This document shows positions 62,611-64,000 of a stretch of 64,000 bases of DNA, piece after piece (position 1 is the stretch's first letter; each line of letters begins with the position of its first letter). Position numbers and translations under genes: made by a program. Origin of the DNA: Alphaproteobacteria bacterium (GTDB taxonomy: Bacteria; Pseudomonadota; Alphaproteobacteria; Bin95); assembly GCA_964291285.2 (NCBI GenBank), contig OZ219786.1:1216001-1280000 (forward strand). The letters are read 5' to 3'. The notes below the pieces were generated by a model. The model saw only the letters and a list, made by a program, of their open reading frames with translations. It did not search any database and was not told where the DNA came from.

Positions 62611-64000
62611 TGGCAGTCGATTACCGGGGGCGCATCCCCAACAATATCGATCTCTCCGCCGACCGGCGGCTCCAGCGCGCGCTGGAGCACTGGCAGCCGC
62701 GCTTCCTGAACTGGTGGAGCGAGCTCGGGCCCGAGGGCTTCCAGGCGGCGGACGTCTATCTGCGCACCGCCACGGCGGTCGACGCCAGGGGCTGGGCCAG
62801 CTTCGGCTATGTGCGGATGCCGGAATACCGCTGGGGCATCTTCCTCGCCGAGCCCGAGAAGGACCGCACCATCGGCTTCGGCGACGAGATGGGCAAGCCG
62901 GTCTGGCCCGAGGTTCCGGGAGAGCACCGCGCCGCCCTCCGCCGCCTGATCGTGACGCAGGGCGACACCGAGCCCGCCTCCGTCGAGCAGCAGCGCCGCC
63001 TCGGCCACAGCTGCCCCTCGCTCTACGACCTGCGCAACCTCTTCCAGGTCAATGTCGAGGAGGGCCGCCACCTCTGGGCGATGGTCTATCTGCTGCACGC
63101 CCATTTCGGCCGCGACGGGCGCGAGGAAGCGGAGGAACTGCTCTACCGCCACTCCGGCGACCCGGACAATCCGCGCATCCTGACCACCTTCAACGAGCCG
63201 ATCGACGACTGGCTCTCCTTCTTCATGTTCACCTATTTCACCGACCGGGACGGCAAGTACCAGCTGAAGTCCTTCGCCGAGTCGGCCTTCGACCCGCTGG
63301 CGCGCACCTGCTCCTTCATGCTGACCGAGGAAGCCCACCACATGTTCGTCGGCGAGACCGGCATCGGGCGGATCGTCCGGCGCACGCTGGAGGTGATGCA
63401 GGCGCTCGGCACGGACGACCCCGACGCCGTGCGCGCCCAGGGCGCCATCGACCTGCCGACGCTCCAGCGTTACATCAATTTCTGGTTCTCCTCCTCACTC
63501 GACCTGTTCGGCTCCGAGACCTCGTCCAACGCCGCCACATATTTCGCCGCGGGCCTCAAGGGCCGGCCCGACGAGGCGACGTTCGAGGACCATGTGTGCC
63601 TCGATACCGCCGAGCGCATCGCGGTCCCCGGTGAAGCGGGCGGCGTCGCCGAGGAGGAAGTGCCGACCCGCAACGCGATGAACGAGATCACGCGCGGGCT
63701 CTATGTGAAGGACTGCGCCATCGGCATGACCCGCTGGAACCGGACGATAAAGCGCGCGGGCTTCGATGCCGAGCTCTTCCTGCCGTCCACGCGCTTCCGC
63801 CGCACCATCGGCCGCTGGGCCGGGGCCTCCGTCGCCCCCGACGGGACGCCGATGGCGGACGACCTCTACCGCAAGCGCCTGCCCGGCTGGCTGCCGACGG
63901 AGGAGGACAAGGCCTATGTCCGCTCGCTGATGCGCGCCGTCACCGAGCCCGGAAAGATGGCGGGCTGGATCGCCCCGCCTGCCCGCGGCATCGACGGCAA
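62610..64000 (+). CDS. boxB: Benzoyl-CoA 2,3-epoxidase subunit B (runs off the window)
   Basis: MAVDYRGRIPNNIDL..., QGDTEPASVEQ, VEEGRHLWAM and EEAHH di-iron motifs; not in the ORF track. Confidence 0.95.
   Translation, partial: MAVDYRGRIPNNIDLSADRRLQRALEHWQPRFLNWWSELGPEGFQAADVYLRTATAVDARGWASFGYVRMPEYRWGIFLAEPEKDRTIGFGDEMGKPVWPEVPGEHRAALRRLIVTQGDTEPASVEQQRRLGHSCPSLYDLRNLFQVNVEEGRHLWAMVYLLHAHFGRDGREEAEELLYRHSGDPDNPRILTTFNEPIDDWLSFFMFTYFTDRDGKYQLKSFAESAFDPLARTCSFMLTEEAHHMFVGETGIGRIVRRTLEVMQALGTDDPDAVRAQGAIDLPTLQRYINFWFSSSLDLFGSETSSNAATYFAAGLKGRPDEATFEDHVCLDTAERIAVPGEAGGVAEEEVPTRNAMNEITRGLYVKDCAIGMTRWNRTIKRAGFDAELFLPSTRFRRTIGRWAGASVAPDGTPMADDLYRKRLPGWLPTEEDKAYVRSLMRAVTEPGKMAGWIAPPARGIDG

Noticed and set aside
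62603-63634. 343-aa ORF listed in the track
   Set aside because: Wrong frame; the real gene is boxB, starting at 62610 and running off the window.

Overview
GC-rich alphaproteobacterial chromosome segment, probably Rhodospirillales-like (inferred from gene order and protein sequences). Left to right: (1) the tail of a plasmid/ICE-like module (non-canonical ssb, three tandem MobC-like ribbon-helix-helix genes); (2) a Zur-box-controlled zinc-starvation island (DUF1826, two COG0523 GTPases, a HisI lacking one Cys, zur, cysS, sufE, IscU-like, yidD, gamma-carbonic anhydrase) and a second Zur-box locus (His-rich outer-membrane barrel, ZnuA/ZnuB-like); (3) IS630, IS701-like (with passenger gene) and IS3 elements; (4) LLM oxidoreductases and a CCG-Fe-S/2Fe-2S/Mo-hydroxylase operon; (5) a UGSC-type selenoprotein read through an in-frame UGA with a SECIS-like hairpin; (6) higBA; (7) core genes (ubiK, lgt, pgeF, uvrA, ssb, gyrA, coaD, tRNA-Lys, tRNA-Gln, ppx, rlmE, guaB); (8) a squalene synthase-like gene and the start of a benzoyl-CoA (box) cluster. 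The most unusual signal is a pair of stand-alone single-gene cassettes (about 17.47-18.46 kb and 39.27-40.61 kb). They share a promoter region, a conserved ~230-250 nt leader and a 3x10-bp CATGACA repeat over the stop codon, and both proteins end HDKT*. The proteins are otherwise different and acidic; one has a terminase-small-subunit N-terminus, with no other phage genes nearby. All calls come from reading the sequence by eye; no searches were run.
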